DNA from: an uncultured Bacteroidales bacterium
GTDB taxonomy: Bacteria > Bacteroidota > Bacteroidia > Bacteroidales > UBA1715
DNA: 64,000 bases
Assembly (NCBI GenBank): GCA_964346725.1
Contig: CAYFVM010000003.1
Location: 83,658 to 147,657, forward strand
Direction of reading: 5' to 3'
Numbering within the stretch: position 1 is the first letter of the stretch; each line of letters opens with the position of its first letter. The notes below the pieces were generated by a model that was not told the DNA's origin, made no database searches, and worked only from the letters and a program-made list of their open reading frames with translations. A program made the position numbers and the translations under genes. Below, piece after piece: positions 27,861-38,794 of the stretch.

Positions 27861-27924
27861 TTAATGTTGATATTAGAATAATTAAAAAAAACAATTTTAA
27901 ATAATTAACTTAAATTAAATTATT

Positions 27925-28197
27925 ATGAACAAACAAGAACTAGTAGCAGCAATCGCTGCTGAAGCTAACTTAACAAAGGTAGCTTCAGAAAAAGCAGTAA
28001 ACGCATTCGTAAAAGCAGTATCTGGCGCATTGAAAAAAGGTGATAGCGTGCAATTGATCGGTTTCGGAACATTCTCTATTGGTAAAAGAAATGCTAGAGT
28101 TGGAAGAAACCCACAAACAGGTAAAGAAATTAAAATTGCAGCTAAGAAAGTAGCTAAATTCAAAGCAGGAAAAGTTCTTTCTGATTTAGTAAAATAG
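27925..28197 (+). CDS. hup: HU-family DNA-binding protein
   Basis: MNKQELVAAIA..., GFGTF, RNPQTGKEI arm. 90 aa. Confidence 0.9.
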   Translation: MNKQELVAAIAAEANLTKVASEKAVNAFVKAVSGALKKGDSVQLIGFGTFSIGKRNARVGRNPQTGKEIKIAAKKVAKFKAGKVLSDLVK

Positions 28198-28214
28198 TTT
28201 TTATTAAATATTAT

Positions 28215-28249
28215 CAAAAAAAGAGGACTCTTCGGAGTCCTCTTTTTTT
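28215..28249 (+). terminator. Rho-independent terminator of the HU gene
   Basis: AAGAGGACTC-ttcg-GAGTCCTCTT (10-bp stem, tetraloop) followed by T7. Confidence 0.85.
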
Positions 28250-28382
28250 GATAATATGCGAACAGAAACTCGTTGATCCTCATAGGATATAGATAGGCTA
28301 ACTTGTTCCGCTAGTCGTAGTTTTACCAAGGTAAGATATGTCATGAAAACGATCTTTGAAGATTGTTCTTTGCCAAAATTGA

Positions 28383-30050
<1,668 letters not shown>

Positions 30051-30102
30051 AGTTGTGTAGTTGAGGATTTTCTTATTGAAGAAACTCTGTCTAAACAATA
30101 AT

Positions 30103-30137
30103 AAAAAAAGAGATGTACCGTAGTGCATCTCTTTTTA
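30103..30137. terminator. Bidirectional terminator between the ABC-F gene and guaA
   Basis: A-run, then an imperfect stem AGAGATG.AC / GT.CATCTCT, then a T-run. Sits between convergent stops at 30050 and 30140. Confidence 0.6.
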
Positions 30138-30139
30138 TT

Positions 30140-31744
30140 TTATTCCCATTCTATTGTTGCGGGTGGTTTTGATGAGATATCGTAGCATACGCGATTTACA
30201 CCTTTTACCTTATTTATAATGTCATTGGAAACTTTTGCCATAAATTCGTATGGTAAATGAGCCCAATCGGCTGTCATGGCATCGGTGCTGGTAACAGCAC
30301 GCAGTGCAACTGCGCGTTCGTATGTACGTTCATCCCCCATAACGCCTACACTCTTGATCGGCAACAAGATTACGCCTGCTTGCCATATTTGATCGTATAA
30401 AGAGACTTCAATTTCTCCGTTTGACATATCAGCCGGTACGCCAGCAGCAAGAAGTTTACGTGCTTCTTCACCGCTTAATTTCGTTTTCCAATCACGTAAG
30501 CCTTGTATGAAAATATCATCGGCATCTTGTAGGATACGAACTTTGTCAGGAGTAATATCTCCCAAAATCCGGACAGCCAAGCCCGGACCCGGGAATGGGT
30601 GACGAGTAATTAAATGTTCAGGCATACCTAATTGACGACCTACACGACGAACTTCGTCTTTGAAAAGCCATTGTAATGGTTCGCACAATTGTAAGTGCAT
30701 TTTTTCAGGAAGACCACCAACATTGTGATGACTCTTGATAATCATACCGGTAATGCTCAAACTCTCAATCCTATCAGGGTAGATGGTGCCTTGCGCTAAC
30801 CATTTTGCATCGGTAATTTTTTGAGCTTCGTCATTGAATACATCGATAAATCCGGCACCAATAATTTTACGTTTACGTTCTGGTTCTGTTATGCCTTCAA
30901 GTTCTTTGAAGAATTTTTCGCTCGCATCTACGCCAATTACGTTCAAACCAAGACATTCGTAGTCGTGGAGCACGTTTTTGAATTCGTTTTTACGAAGCAT
31001 ACCGTGGTCAACGAAAATACAGGTAAGATTTTTACCAATAGCTTTGTTGAGCAACATTGCGCAAACAGATGAATCAACACCACCGCTCAAACCAAGAATT
31101 ACTCGGTCGTTACCCAATTTTGCTTTAAGTTCAGCAACGGTTGTTTCAACGAATGAAGCAGGGCTCCAAGTTTGTTTTCCACCGCAAATGTCAACAACAA
31201 AGTTTTTAAGCAATAAAGAGCCATGTTTTGTATGGAATACTTCTGGATGGAATTGTACTCCCCAGGTTTTTTCCCCTTCAAATTGATATGCTGCAAAACG
31301 CACTTTGTTTGTTGATGCAATCGTTTTGCAATTATCTGGTAATTTGGTAATTGAGTCTCCGTGGCTCATCCAAACTTGTGAATTATCTTCGAAATTTTTA
31401 AAGAGTTGATTCTGTTTGTCAAATGATGAAAGATTTGCGCGTCCATATTCGCGAGTTCCGGCAGATTCAACTTTACCGCCAAACGTATTTGCCATAAATT
31501 GAGCGCCATAGCAAATGCCAAGAATAGGGTATTTTCCACGAATGTCCGTCAAATCAACTTTGAAAGCCTTTTCGTCATACACACTAAACGGCGAACCACT
31601 CAAAATGACACCGATTACATCTTTGTCGTCTTTAGGAAATTTGTTGTAGGGAACAATTTCGCAAAACATGTCCAATTCGCGCACACGACGGCCAATGAGC
31701 TGCGTGGTTTGCGAACCGAAATCAAGAATTATGATTTTTTCCAT
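30140..31744 (-). CDS. guaA: Glutamine-hydrolysing GMP synthase
   Basis: GATase [11 protein letters not shown]-loop SGGVDSS, C-terminal KPPATIEWE. Confidence 0.95.
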   Translation of the reverse strand: MEKIIILDFGSQTTQLIGRRVRELDMFCEIVPYNKFPKDDKDVIGVILSGSPFSVYDEKAFKVDLTDIRGKYPILGICYGAQFMANTFGGKVESAGTREYGRANLSSFDKQNQLFKNFEDNSQVWMSHGDSITKLPDNCKTIASTNKVRFAAYQFEGEKTWGVQFHPEVFHTKHGSLLLKNFVVDICGGKQTWSPASFVETTVAELKAKLGNDRVILGLSGGVDSSVCAMLLNKAIGKNLTCIFVDHGMLRKNEFKNVLHDYECLGLNVIGVDASEKFFKELEGITEPERKRKIIGAGFIDVFNDEAQKITDAKWLAQGTIYPDRIESLSITGMIIKSHHNVGGLPEKMHLQLCEPLQWLFKDEVRRVGRQLGMPEHLITRHPFPGPGLAVRILGDITPDKVRILQDADDIFIQGLRDWKTKLSGEEARKLLAAGVPADMSNGEIEVSLYDQIWQAGVILLPIKSVGVMGDERTYERAVALRAVTSTDAMTADWAHLPYEFMAKVSNDIINKVKGVNRVCYDISSKPPATIEWE

Positions 31745-31764
31745 TGCATATTTTTATTATGTGC

Positions 31765-31772
31765 CAAAAATA
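31765..31772 (-). promoter_or_regulatory. -7 box (TATTTTTG on the minus strand) for guaA
   Basis: Plus-strand CAAAAATA, 21 nt upstream of start 31744. Confidence 0.4.
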
Positions 31773-31981
31773 CTATGATTATTGTAAAATACGGAAAGAT
31801 GCTGAAAGAAAAATTATTTTTTTTGCCACAGTGCTCATAAAGTCTAATGGTGTGGGGGTTATGTGTTTACACGTAAAAATTATTTCAGGGAATAATTTAT
31901 CAATATGACTAAGCATGACATATTTACCAAATTGCTTCTAAAAACTCTTTATTGATTTTAAAGTTTCTAAATAAAAATAAT

Positions 31982-31989
31982 TACTTTTG
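31982..31989 (+). promoter_or_regulatory. -7 box (TACTTTTG) for paaK
   Basis: The exact TAnnTTTG match lies inside the long ORF extension (31952-32044). This supports the ATG at 32045. Confidence 0.4.
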
Positions 31990-32044
31990 TAATTCTTATG
32001 AAGTAAGAAAGAGTTTTACTCAAATTAAAAACTACTATATTAAA

Positions 32045-33358
32045 ATGAGTTCAAAAGAATATTGGAATGAAGAGTTGGAGACGATGAAACGCCCCGATTT
32101 AGAGAAGTTACAAGTTGAACGTTTACGCAAAACGGTTGAAATTGCAATGAATTCGCCGTACTATAGCCAAGTTTTTAAAGAACACAATATCACACCTAAA
32201 AGTATCAAATCGTTAGACGATTTACAACGTTTTCCATTCACAACAAAAGACGATTTACGCAGTCATTATCCGTTTGGTTTAGTTTCTGTACCGATGGAAA
32301 AAATAGTACGTATACATTCTTCAAGTGGAACTACAGGTAATCCTACGGTAGTTGCTCATTCTCAAAAAGATTTGGACGAATGGGCAGACCAAGTTGCACG
32401 TTGTATGTATATGGTTGGATGTCGAAATACCGATGTATTCCAAAACACTTCTGGCTATGGAATGTTTACCGGTGGATTGGGGTATCAATATGGAGCAGAA
32501 AAATTAGGAACAATTACAGTTCCAGCTGCTGCCGGAAATAGTAAACGACAAATTAAATTTATCATGGATTTTGGGACAACTATAATCCATGCTATTCCAA
32601 GCTACGCAACTCGTTTGGCAGAAGTTTTCTATGAAATGGGAATAGATCCACGCACTGATACAAAATTGAGAATTTTCTGTTTAGGTGCAGAACCACATTC
32701 AGAGGAACAACGCCAACGTATAGAACAATTATTCGGCATAAAAGCATACAACTGTTTTGGTATGTCGGAAATGAATGGACCTGGTGTTGCGTTTGAATGT
32801 AAAGAACAAAATGGTCTTCATATTTGGGAAGACTTCGTTATCGCAGAAATACTTGATCCTGTTACATTAAAGCCCGTTCCAGAAGGTGAAGTAGGAGAAT
32901 TGGTACTCACAACTATTAATCGTGAGGCAATGCCATTGTTCCGCTATCGTACACGCGATCTTACGCGTTTCTTACCGGGCTATTGTCCATGTGGAAGAAC
33001 GCACCGTCGTCTTGATCGCTTCAAAGGTCGTAGCGATGATATGTTGATTGTAAAAGGTGTAAATATTTTCCCTATACAAATAGAACGTATATTAATGAGC
33101 TTTAAAGAGCTGGGAATGAATTACTTGATTACCATTGATACAATCAATAATAACGATGAAATGACGGTGGAAGTAGAAGTTGGTGACAGCATTAACATAA
33201 GCGATTATCCTCAACTTCTAAATCTTACCAAAGAAATTACACGTCAGTTAAAAGACGAAATATTGTTGACGCCACGAGTAAAATTGGTGGAAAAAGGTTC
33301 TATTCCTCAATCGGAAGGAAAGGCTGTGAGAGTAAAAGATTTTAGAAAAAATCATTAA
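32045..33358 (+). CDS. paaK: Phenylacetate-CoA ligase family (PaaK-like adenylate-forming enzyme)
   Basis: MSSKEYWNEELETMKRPDLEKLQVERLRKT N-terminus, AMP motif SSGTTGNPT, and YRTRD. Confidence 0.85.
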   Translation: MSSKEYWNEELETMKRPDLEKLQVERLRKTVEIAMNSPYYSQVFKEHNITPKSIKSLDDLQRFPFTTKDDLRSHYPFGLVSVPMEKIVRIHSSSGTTGNPTVVAHSQKDLDEWADQVARCMYMVGCRNTDVFQNTSGYGMFTGGLGYQYGAEKLGTITVPAAAGNSKRQIKFIMDFGTTIIHAIPSYATRLAEVFYEMGIDPRTDTKLRIFCLGAEPHSEEQRQRIEQLFGIKAYNCFGMSEMNGPGVAFECKEQNGLHIWEDFVIAEILDPVTLKPVPEGEVGELVLTTINREAMPLFRYRTRDLTRFLPGYCPCGRTHRRLDRFKGRSDDMLIVKGVNIFPIQIERILMSFKELGMNYLITIDTINNNDEMTVEVEVGDSINISDYPQLLNLTKEITRQLKDEILLTPRVKLVEKGSIPQSEGKAVRVKDFRKNH

Positions 33359-33370
33359 TATTTTTAGACT

Positions 33371-33796
33371 ATGACAATGAATCAAATTTCAATATTTCTT
33401 GAAAATAAATTCGGTCGATTGAGCGAAATACTTTCAATACTTCGAGATGAAAACATTAAAGTGATTGCTGCAACCGTAGCAGATACATCAGATTATGGTA
33501 TTTTACGTATCATAACAACTGATCAGCAAAAGGCATTCAAAACATTGATTAAAAACGAGGTATCCGCTAATATGAACGAAGTGTTGGCCATCTCACTTGA
33601 TTCAAAAATAGGACAATTATCTGATGCTATGGAAAAAATAACCCAATCGGGCATCACAATAGATTATATGTATTGTTTTTCGTTGAATCAAAAATCAATG
33701 TTGGTTTTGCGCTCAAGCAATATGGAAGCTCTCAACGACGTAGCTCGTAAATATAATATGAACTGTATTTCAGAAACCGATTTAATAAATCTATAA
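33371..33796 (+). CDS. ACT domain-containing (amino-acid-binding) protein
   Basis: 141 aa with two ACT-like halves (ISIFLENKFGRLSEILSIL...). It is the usual partner downstream of PaaK-like ligases in Bacteroidales. Confidence 0.75.
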   Translation: MTMNQISIFLENKFGRLSEILSILRDENIKVIAATVADTSDYGILRIITTDQQKAFKTLIKNEVSANMNEVLAISLDSKIGQLSDAMEKITQSGITIDYMYCFSLNQKSMLVLRSSNMEALNDVARKYNMNCISETDLINL

Positions 33797-33799
33797 AAT

Positions 33800-33976
33800 A
33801 TGTTTGGCATACCAGATCCCAATATTTGGATAGTATATATACTATCCATTATTTGCGTACTTTTTTCCGCATGGTTCGGCATAAGGTATTGGAACGAAGA
33901 AGATTATGAAAGTGGTCAGATTACAAGTATACCAAGAAAAAAGAAGAAAAAACGTACTAAAAAAGCGACAAAATAA
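33800..33976 (+). CDS. Symporter small accessory protein (58 aa, single TM, poly-Lys tail)
   Basis: Absent from the ORF track. ATG 33800 opens MFGIPDPNIWIVYILSIICVLFSAWFGIRYWNEEDYESGQITSIPRKKKKKRTKKATK. The TAA overlaps the symporter ATG (TAATG), which indicates translational coupling. Confidence 0.6.
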   Translation: MFGIPDPNIWIVYILSIICVLFSAWFGIRYWNEEDYESGQITSIPRKKKKKRTKKATK

Positions 33977-35583
33977 TGGATCAGTTTTACATGTATGCTC
34001 TTGTTATCATATACTTCTTGGCAGTAGCATTTTTAGGTTATTTAGGATATAGAAAAACAAACGATTCAAGTGATTATTTGATTGGTGGCGGAAAAATGAA
34101 TCCCGTTATAATGGCGTTGTCGTACGGAGCAACGTTTATTTCCGCATCTGCTATCGTTGGATTTGGTGGAGTAGCAGCAACATTTGGAATGGGAATACAG
34201 TGGCTCTGCTTCTTGAATATGTTTGTTGGTGTGGTAATAGCGTTCATATTTTTTGGACGAAAAACACGACAAATTGGAGCAAAAACCAAATCGTCAACAT
34301 TTGCCGAATTTTTGGGCAATTGCTATCATTCCAACAAAATTAGACTGTTTGTAGCAGCAATGATTTTTATTTGGATGCCATTATATGCCGCTGCCGTTAT
34401 GCGTGGAGGCGTTTTCTTCATGCAGGAAATCTTTGGTATCAGTTTTGACCTTGCATTATTAGTATTTACAGTTGTTGTTGCCTCGTATGTGATTGCCGGT
34501 GGTATGAAAGGGGTTATGTATACAGATGCATTACAAGCTATTATAATGTTTTTGTGTATGATTTTCTTGCTAATTTGGTTCTACAAAGAAATTGATATGG
34601 GCTTTGGTGAAGCAAATCAAGCTTTAACGAATCTGTCTGACGAAATTCCTGACTCTCTTCAGGCACAAGGTCATCAGGGATGGACTACAATGCCGTTATT
34701 TGGTTCTTCACGTTGGTATACATTGGTTACCTCTCTTATTTTTGGTGTAGGAATTGGCTGTTTGGCTCAACCACAACTTGTTATTCGTTTTATGACCGTT
34801 GATAGTACCAAACAACTCAATAGAGGTGTATTTGTTGGATGTTTATTCATTTTTATTACAGTTGGAGTAGTATATCATGTGGGTGCATTATCAAATTTAT
34901 TCTATATGAAGACTGAAGGCACCATAGCGTCAAATGTTATGGTAGGCGGGCAATTAATTAAATCTGATGAAATAATACCTCACTTTATCAATAATGCCAT
35001 GCCGTCGTGGTTCTCTGTATTGTTTATGCTTTGTATTTTATCAGCAAGTATGTCAACATTGAGTGCACAGTTTCATACAATGGCAGCTGCTGCGGGATAT
35101 GATATCTATGGCACATGCATAGGCGCTCGGAAACGTGAACGTAAAAAACGTACAACAGTTGTTATTCGTTTCGCAGTATTGATTTCTATCTTTATTAGTT
35201 TTGTTATTTGCTATTATTTTCAAGGAAATGCGAGTCAAATCATAGCACTATCAACATCTATTTTTATGGGAATCTGTGCTTCTGCATTTTTACCTTCGTA
35301 TTTCTGCGCATTATATTGGAAAAAAGTAACCAAACAAGGTGCTTATGCAAGTATGTGGGTAGGATCCGTTGTAACAATGGTTGGTTTATTGTTCTTTCAT
35401 GCAAAAGAAGCAACAGCAATAGGTTTATGTGCTAAAATGTTTGGCAGTCCAGTGTTGATTCCTGGTGATTTTGCTCTTGTTGATCCTATTGTATACGCAT
35501 TCCCATTATCATGCATTACAATTGTACTTGTTAGTCTTGTAACACCACGTAAATCAACGAAACTCGGAGCAATGGCAGAATAG
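33976..35583 (+). CDS. Sodium:solute symporter (SSS) family transporter
   Basis: 535 aa with about 13 TM helices. The N-terminal GGGKMNPVIMALSYGATFISASAIVGFGG pattern is typical of SSS. Confidence 0.85.
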   Translation: MDQFYMYALVIIYFLAVAFLGYLGYRKTNDSSDYLIGGGKMNPVIMALSYGATFISASAIVGFGGVAATFGMGIQWLCFLNMFVGVVIAFIFFGRKTRQIGAKTKSSTFAEFLGNCYHSNKIRLFVAAMIFIWMPLYAAAVMRGGVFFMQEIFGISFDLALLVFTVVVASYVIAGGMKGVMYTDALQAIIMFLCMIFLLIWFYKEIDMGFGEANQALTNLSDEIPDSLQAQGHQGWTTMPLFGSSRWYTLVTSLIFGVGIGCLAQPQLVIRFMTVDSTKQLNRGVFVGCLFIFITVGVVYHVGALSNLFYMKTEGTIASNVMVGGQLIKSDEIIPHFINNAMPSWFSVLFMLCILSASMSTLSAQFHTMAAAAGYDIYGTCIGARKRERKKRTTVVIRFAVLISIFISFVICYYFQGNASQIIALSTSIFMGICASAFLPSYFCALYWKKVTKQGAYASMWVGSVVTMVGLLFFHAKEATAIGLCAKMFGSPVLIPGDFALVDPIVYAFPLSCITIVLVSLVTPRKSTKLGAMAE

Positions 35584-35590
35584 GGTCTAA

Positions 35591-36232
35591 CTATTTCCGT
35601 CCAAAATCAGCGGGAATTTCACCCCACTTGTCGGTTTCCCACTTTTGGATAGAGGTGGTGTAAGTGTTGTTCGCCAACCATTGTTCTGCACGACTAATCA
35701 AATCGAATAATTCTTGATTGCGGCTGGTTAGTTCTAGTTTTGTGTTGCAATGTTTCCGTCTGACCCATCCTATGGCAGTCATAGAATCTGAATAGAGTGG
35801 CATAGAGAGGTTTTGCTTTTTGAGCAAAGCAAGTCCATGAACAATGGCCAAAAATTCACCAATATTATTAGTCCCATCGGGAAATGGGCCCATTTTGAAG
35901 ATAACACGACCGGTTTTTACATATACGCCACGATATTCCATATTTCCAGGATTCCCACTACATGCCGCATCCACGGCAAGACTATCGGAACAATACTTTG
36001 CAACAGTGCGTATCAGTTTTGTTGCAGGTTTTGCAATAGTGGTTTGGCTCTGTTTGGGTGTTTTTTGAAACCCATTTTTAAGAGCTTCAAAAGCTTCCTC
36101 TTGCGATTCGTATGATTTATAGAGAGCTCCTTCAAATTTATCAATAGCTGCTTTACATTCTTCCCACGTATAAAAAACGCCGGTATCGCGCCCTTTCCAT
36201 ACAACGTAAAACTTTGGTTTGTTTTTTTTCAT
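35591..36232 (-). CDS. rnhA: Ribonuclease HI with an N-terminal hybrid-binding (viroplasmin-like) domain
   Basis: N-terminal FYVVWKGRDTGVFYTWEECKAAIDKFEGALYKSYES. RNase H core has DAACSGNPG, NNIGEF and YSDS. Confidence 0.85.
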   Translation of the reverse strand: MKKNKPKFYVVWKGRDTGVFYTWEECKAAIDKFEGALYKSYESQEEAFEALKNGFQKTPKQSQTTIAKPATKLIRTVAKYCSDSLAVDAACSGNPGNMEYRGVYVKTGRVIFKMGPFPDGTNNIGEFLAIVHGLALLKKQNLSMPLYSDSMTAIGWVRRKHCNTKLELTSRNQELFDLISRAEQWLANNTYTTSIQKWETDKWGEIPADFGRK

Positions 36233-36268
36233 TAGGTATAATTTGATGCTTCAAATGTACAGAAATAT

Positions 36269-36276
36269 TATATTTG
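36269..36276 (+). promoter_or_regulatory. -7 box (TATATTTG) for grpE-dnaJ
   Basis: Exact TAnnTTTG match about 105 nt upstream of ATG 36381. Confidence 0.35.
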
Positions 36277-36380
36277 CGCAAAACATGACAGTATAGCAAA
36301 AACTGCCAGAAAATAGTGCCAATTTGACTATTTTCAGGAATGGCAAACAATTTGAGTATGTCAAGACAAAATTTGTAGAT

Positions 36381-36977
36381 ATGGCAAACGAAAACGAAGA
36401 AACAAAAAAGGAAAACATTGAAAATCAAGAAGAAGTAAACGCTACCGAAAGCGATACTCAAAGTCAGCAAGAATTAAAAACAGAACAATCTAACGCTGAT
36501 GAGGCTACACAAACTGAAGCGAATTCGGACGAATCGTCAGTGACAAGCGATGAATTAAACGATTTGAAAGATAAATACTTGCGTCTTCAAGCTGAGTTTG
36601 AAAATTATCGGAAACGTACTGTGAAAGAAAAAGCTGATTTGATATCATATGCGAGCGAAAAGGTCTTATTAGACCTTTTACCTGTAATTGATGATTTAGA
36701 TAGAGCAATGGACTCAGTGGCAAAAACTGAAGATGTAGTTGCAATGCATGAAGGGCTCGAATTGATTGTCAGCAAATTTCAAAGCTTTTTAAAGAAAAAC
36801 GGTGTCCTTGATATTGAAGCAAAAGAACTCCCGTTTGATGCTGACAAACACGAAGCTGTTACAAAATTTCCAAGTCCGAGCGAAGACATGAAGGGAAAAG
36901 TAATCGATGTAATACAAAAAGGATATACTCTCAACGGCAAAGTAATGCGCTATGCTAAAGTTGTTGTAGGGGATTAA
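36381..36977 (+). CDS. grpE: Nucleotide exchange factor GrpE
   Basis: Acidic N-terminus, then DKYLRLQAEFENYRKR and DADKHEAV. Start at MANENEE. The ORF is open from 36324. Confidence 0.9.
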   Translation: MANENEETKKENIENQEEVNATESDTQSQQELKTEQSNADEATQTEANSDESSVTSDELNDLKDKYLRLQAEFENYRKRTVKEKADLISYASEKVLLDLLPVIDDLDRAMDSVAKTEDVVAMHEGLELIVSKFQSFLKKNGVLDIEAKELPFDADKHEAVTKFPSPSEDMKGKVIDVIQKGYTLNGKVMRYAKVVVGD

Positions 36978-36987
36978 TTAAGACAAA

Positions 36988-38118
36988 ATGGCTGAAAAAA
37001 GAGATTATTACGAAGTATTAGGCGTTTCTAAGAGTGCAACGAAAGATGAGCTTAAAAAAGCCTATCGTAAGTTGGCTATTAAATATCATCCAGATAAAAA
37101 TCCGGGTGATAAGCAAGCCGAAGAAAAATTCAAAGAAGCTGCTGAAGCATATGATGTTTTAAGTGATGACACCAAGCGTCAACGGTATGATCAATTTGGA
37201 CATGCGGGAATGGGTGGAGCAGCTGGTGGCGGTGCTGGTTTTTCCGATGTGAATGATATATTTTCTCATTTTGGAGATTTATTTGGAGACTTTTTTGGTG
37301 GTAGAGGAGCTGGTGGCGGTCATCGTCAAGCGGTTCGTAAAGGAAGCAATTTGCGTGTCCGCGTTCGTTTGAATCTTTCAGAGATTGTAAACGGAGTAGA
37401 GAAAAAGATAAAAATTCGTAAAAAAGTAGCATGTACTACATGTGGTGGTTCGGGAGCTGCTTCGCCAAACGATGTACAAACCTGTCCTGATTGTAAAGGA
37501 ACCGGATATGTTGTTCGTATAGTGAATGGAATTTTTGGTAGAATGCAGCAACAATCTCCTTGTCCACGATGCAATGGTGAAGGGAAAATTATAACCCGAA
37601 AATGTGCAACTTGTGCAGGAGAAGGCGTTGTTGATGCTGAAGAAACAGTATCAGTAAAGATACCCGCTGGAGTAGCAGAAGGCATGCAACTTAATGTACA
37701 AGGTAAAGGAAATGCTTCGCCTCATGGTGGAATAAACGGAGATTTGTTGGTATTGATAGCCGAAGAAGAGCAAACAGACTTTGAACGTGATGGAAATGAT
37801 TTAATCTACGATTTGAATATCAGTTTTCCTGATGCTGTTTTAGGCTCTACTGTTGAAATTCCTACTGTAGAAGGAAAGGTAAAAATTAAGGTAGAAGAAG
37901 GTACCCAACCAGGAAAAATATTGCGATTACGAGGTAAAGGTATTCCTGATGTAAATGGTTATGGCAGAGGTGATTTGCTTGTACATATTCATGTATTTGT
38001 ACCCAAAACGATTACCAAAGACGAAAAGAAAATTCTTAAAAAATTACAAGAGTCTGAATCATTTAAGCCAAGTACAAAAAATGGCTTTTTTGATAGAATG
38101 AAAGGCTTCTTTGAATAA
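36988..38118 (+). CDS. dnaJ: Molecular chaperone DnaJ
   Basis: J domain with HPDKNPGD, a G/F region, and four CxxCxGxG zinc motifs. Confidence 0.95.
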   Translation: MAEKRDYYEVLGVSKSATKDELKKAYRKLAIKYHPDKNPGDKQAEEKFKEAAEAYDVLSDDTKRQRYDQFGHAGMGGAAGGGAGFSDVNDIFSHFGDLFGDFFGGRGAGGGHRQAVRKGSNLRVRVRLNLSEIVNGVEKKIKIRKKVACTTCGGSGAASPNDVQTCPDCKGTGYVVRIVNGIFGRMQQQSPCPRCNGEGKIITRKCATCAGEGVVDAEETVSVKIPAGVAEGMQLNVQGKGNASPHGGINGDLLVLIAEEEQTDFERDGNDLIYDLNISFPDAVLGSTVEIPTVEGKVKIKVEEGTQPGKILRLRGKGIPDVNGYGRGDLLVHIHVFVPKTITKDEKKILKKLQESESFKPSTKNGFFDRMKGFFE

Positions 38119-38138
38119 CGATATTTTGTAAAAAAAAG

Positions 38139-38172
38139 GAAACACTTGTTCCAAAAGAGCAAGTGTTTTTTG
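38139..38172 (+). terminator. Rho-independent terminator of dnaJ
   Basis: AACACTTG...CAAGTGTT stem followed by T6, 20 nt after the stop. Confidence 0.7.
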
Positions 38173-38193
38173 TTCTATATCGGGGTATTTTTT

Positions 38194-38201
38194 TACCTTT
38201 G
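38194..38201 (+). promoter_or_regulatory. -7 box (TACCTTTG)
   Basis: Exact TAnnTTTG match 17 nt upstream of ATG 38219. Confidence 0.4.
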
Positions 38202-38218
38202 CAGTGATTTGATATGTT

Positions 38219-38794
38219 ATGAAAAGAAAGACTTTCTTGTTCCAGTTACTAGCTTTTATTGTACTCTCACAAACAGCGTGGGGACAAGTAAATTTCTTTA
38301 CCAATGATGAACAAGATTCTTTAGCTAAGAACTTCTACGAACGAGGCGAAAGAATCACGGTAATGGCAGTTACTAACATTCCTTCTTTTCAATATGGTGC
38401 GATGGTATTTTTTCATAATGCCGAAAACAAGTCTTCGTACTTCTTTGAAGTAAAAACAAACGTAAGCCGTCGATATGTGATAACCGGAGAGGAATTGTAT
38501 GGAGAAGGTGTTCGTCAAAAGGAAGTGGCATATACAACACAATCCTTAAATACCGGATTTGCACGAGGAATTACTCGGAATTGGTTTGTGTATGGAGGTT
38601 TTGGTGTTGTAATAAAAAACACCAAATTTGACAATCAAGTAGAAGGAAACTATCGATATCATATACCCAACAATGGCGTTTGGTTCAATATTGTTGGAGG
38701 AGCGATGTATGTTGCCAATAACAAAATTTCGGTTTTGGCTGGGCTTGATATGTACGATAGAAGTATTACACTTGGTTTTGGATACACATGGTAA
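38219..38794 (+). CDS. Secreted hypothetical protein, small beta-barrel-like
   Basis: Signal peptide MKRKTFLFQLLAFIVLSQTAWGQ. Beta-strand-rich with a C-terminal aromatic residue (GFGYTW). Confidence 0.55.
   Translation: MKRKTFLFQLLAFIVLSQTAWGQVNFFTNDEQDSLAKNFYERGERITVMAVTNIPSFQYGAMVFFHNAENKSSYFFEVKTNVSRRYVITGEELYGEGVRQKEVAYTTQSLNTGFARGITRNWFVYGGFGVVIKNTKFDNQVEGNYRYHIPNNGVWFNIVGGAMYVANNKISVLAGLDMYDRSITLGFGYTW

Noticed and set aside
31952-32044. The ORF track offers N-terminal extensions for paaK. The same applies at 23171-23233 (S46), 28389-28433 (ABC-F), 36324-36380 (grpE), 60569-60607 (MFS), 826-861 (DUF3822) and 15765-15776 (gpmI).
   Set aside because: In these cases one or more of the following holds. 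The extension contains or abuts the TAnnTTTG -7 box. It overlaps the preceding gene. It precedes an obvious signal peptide or conserved N-terminus. It simply starts upstream of a family-typical N-terminus that begins at an internal Met (gpmI, grpE). Internal Met starts were preferred but remain predictions.
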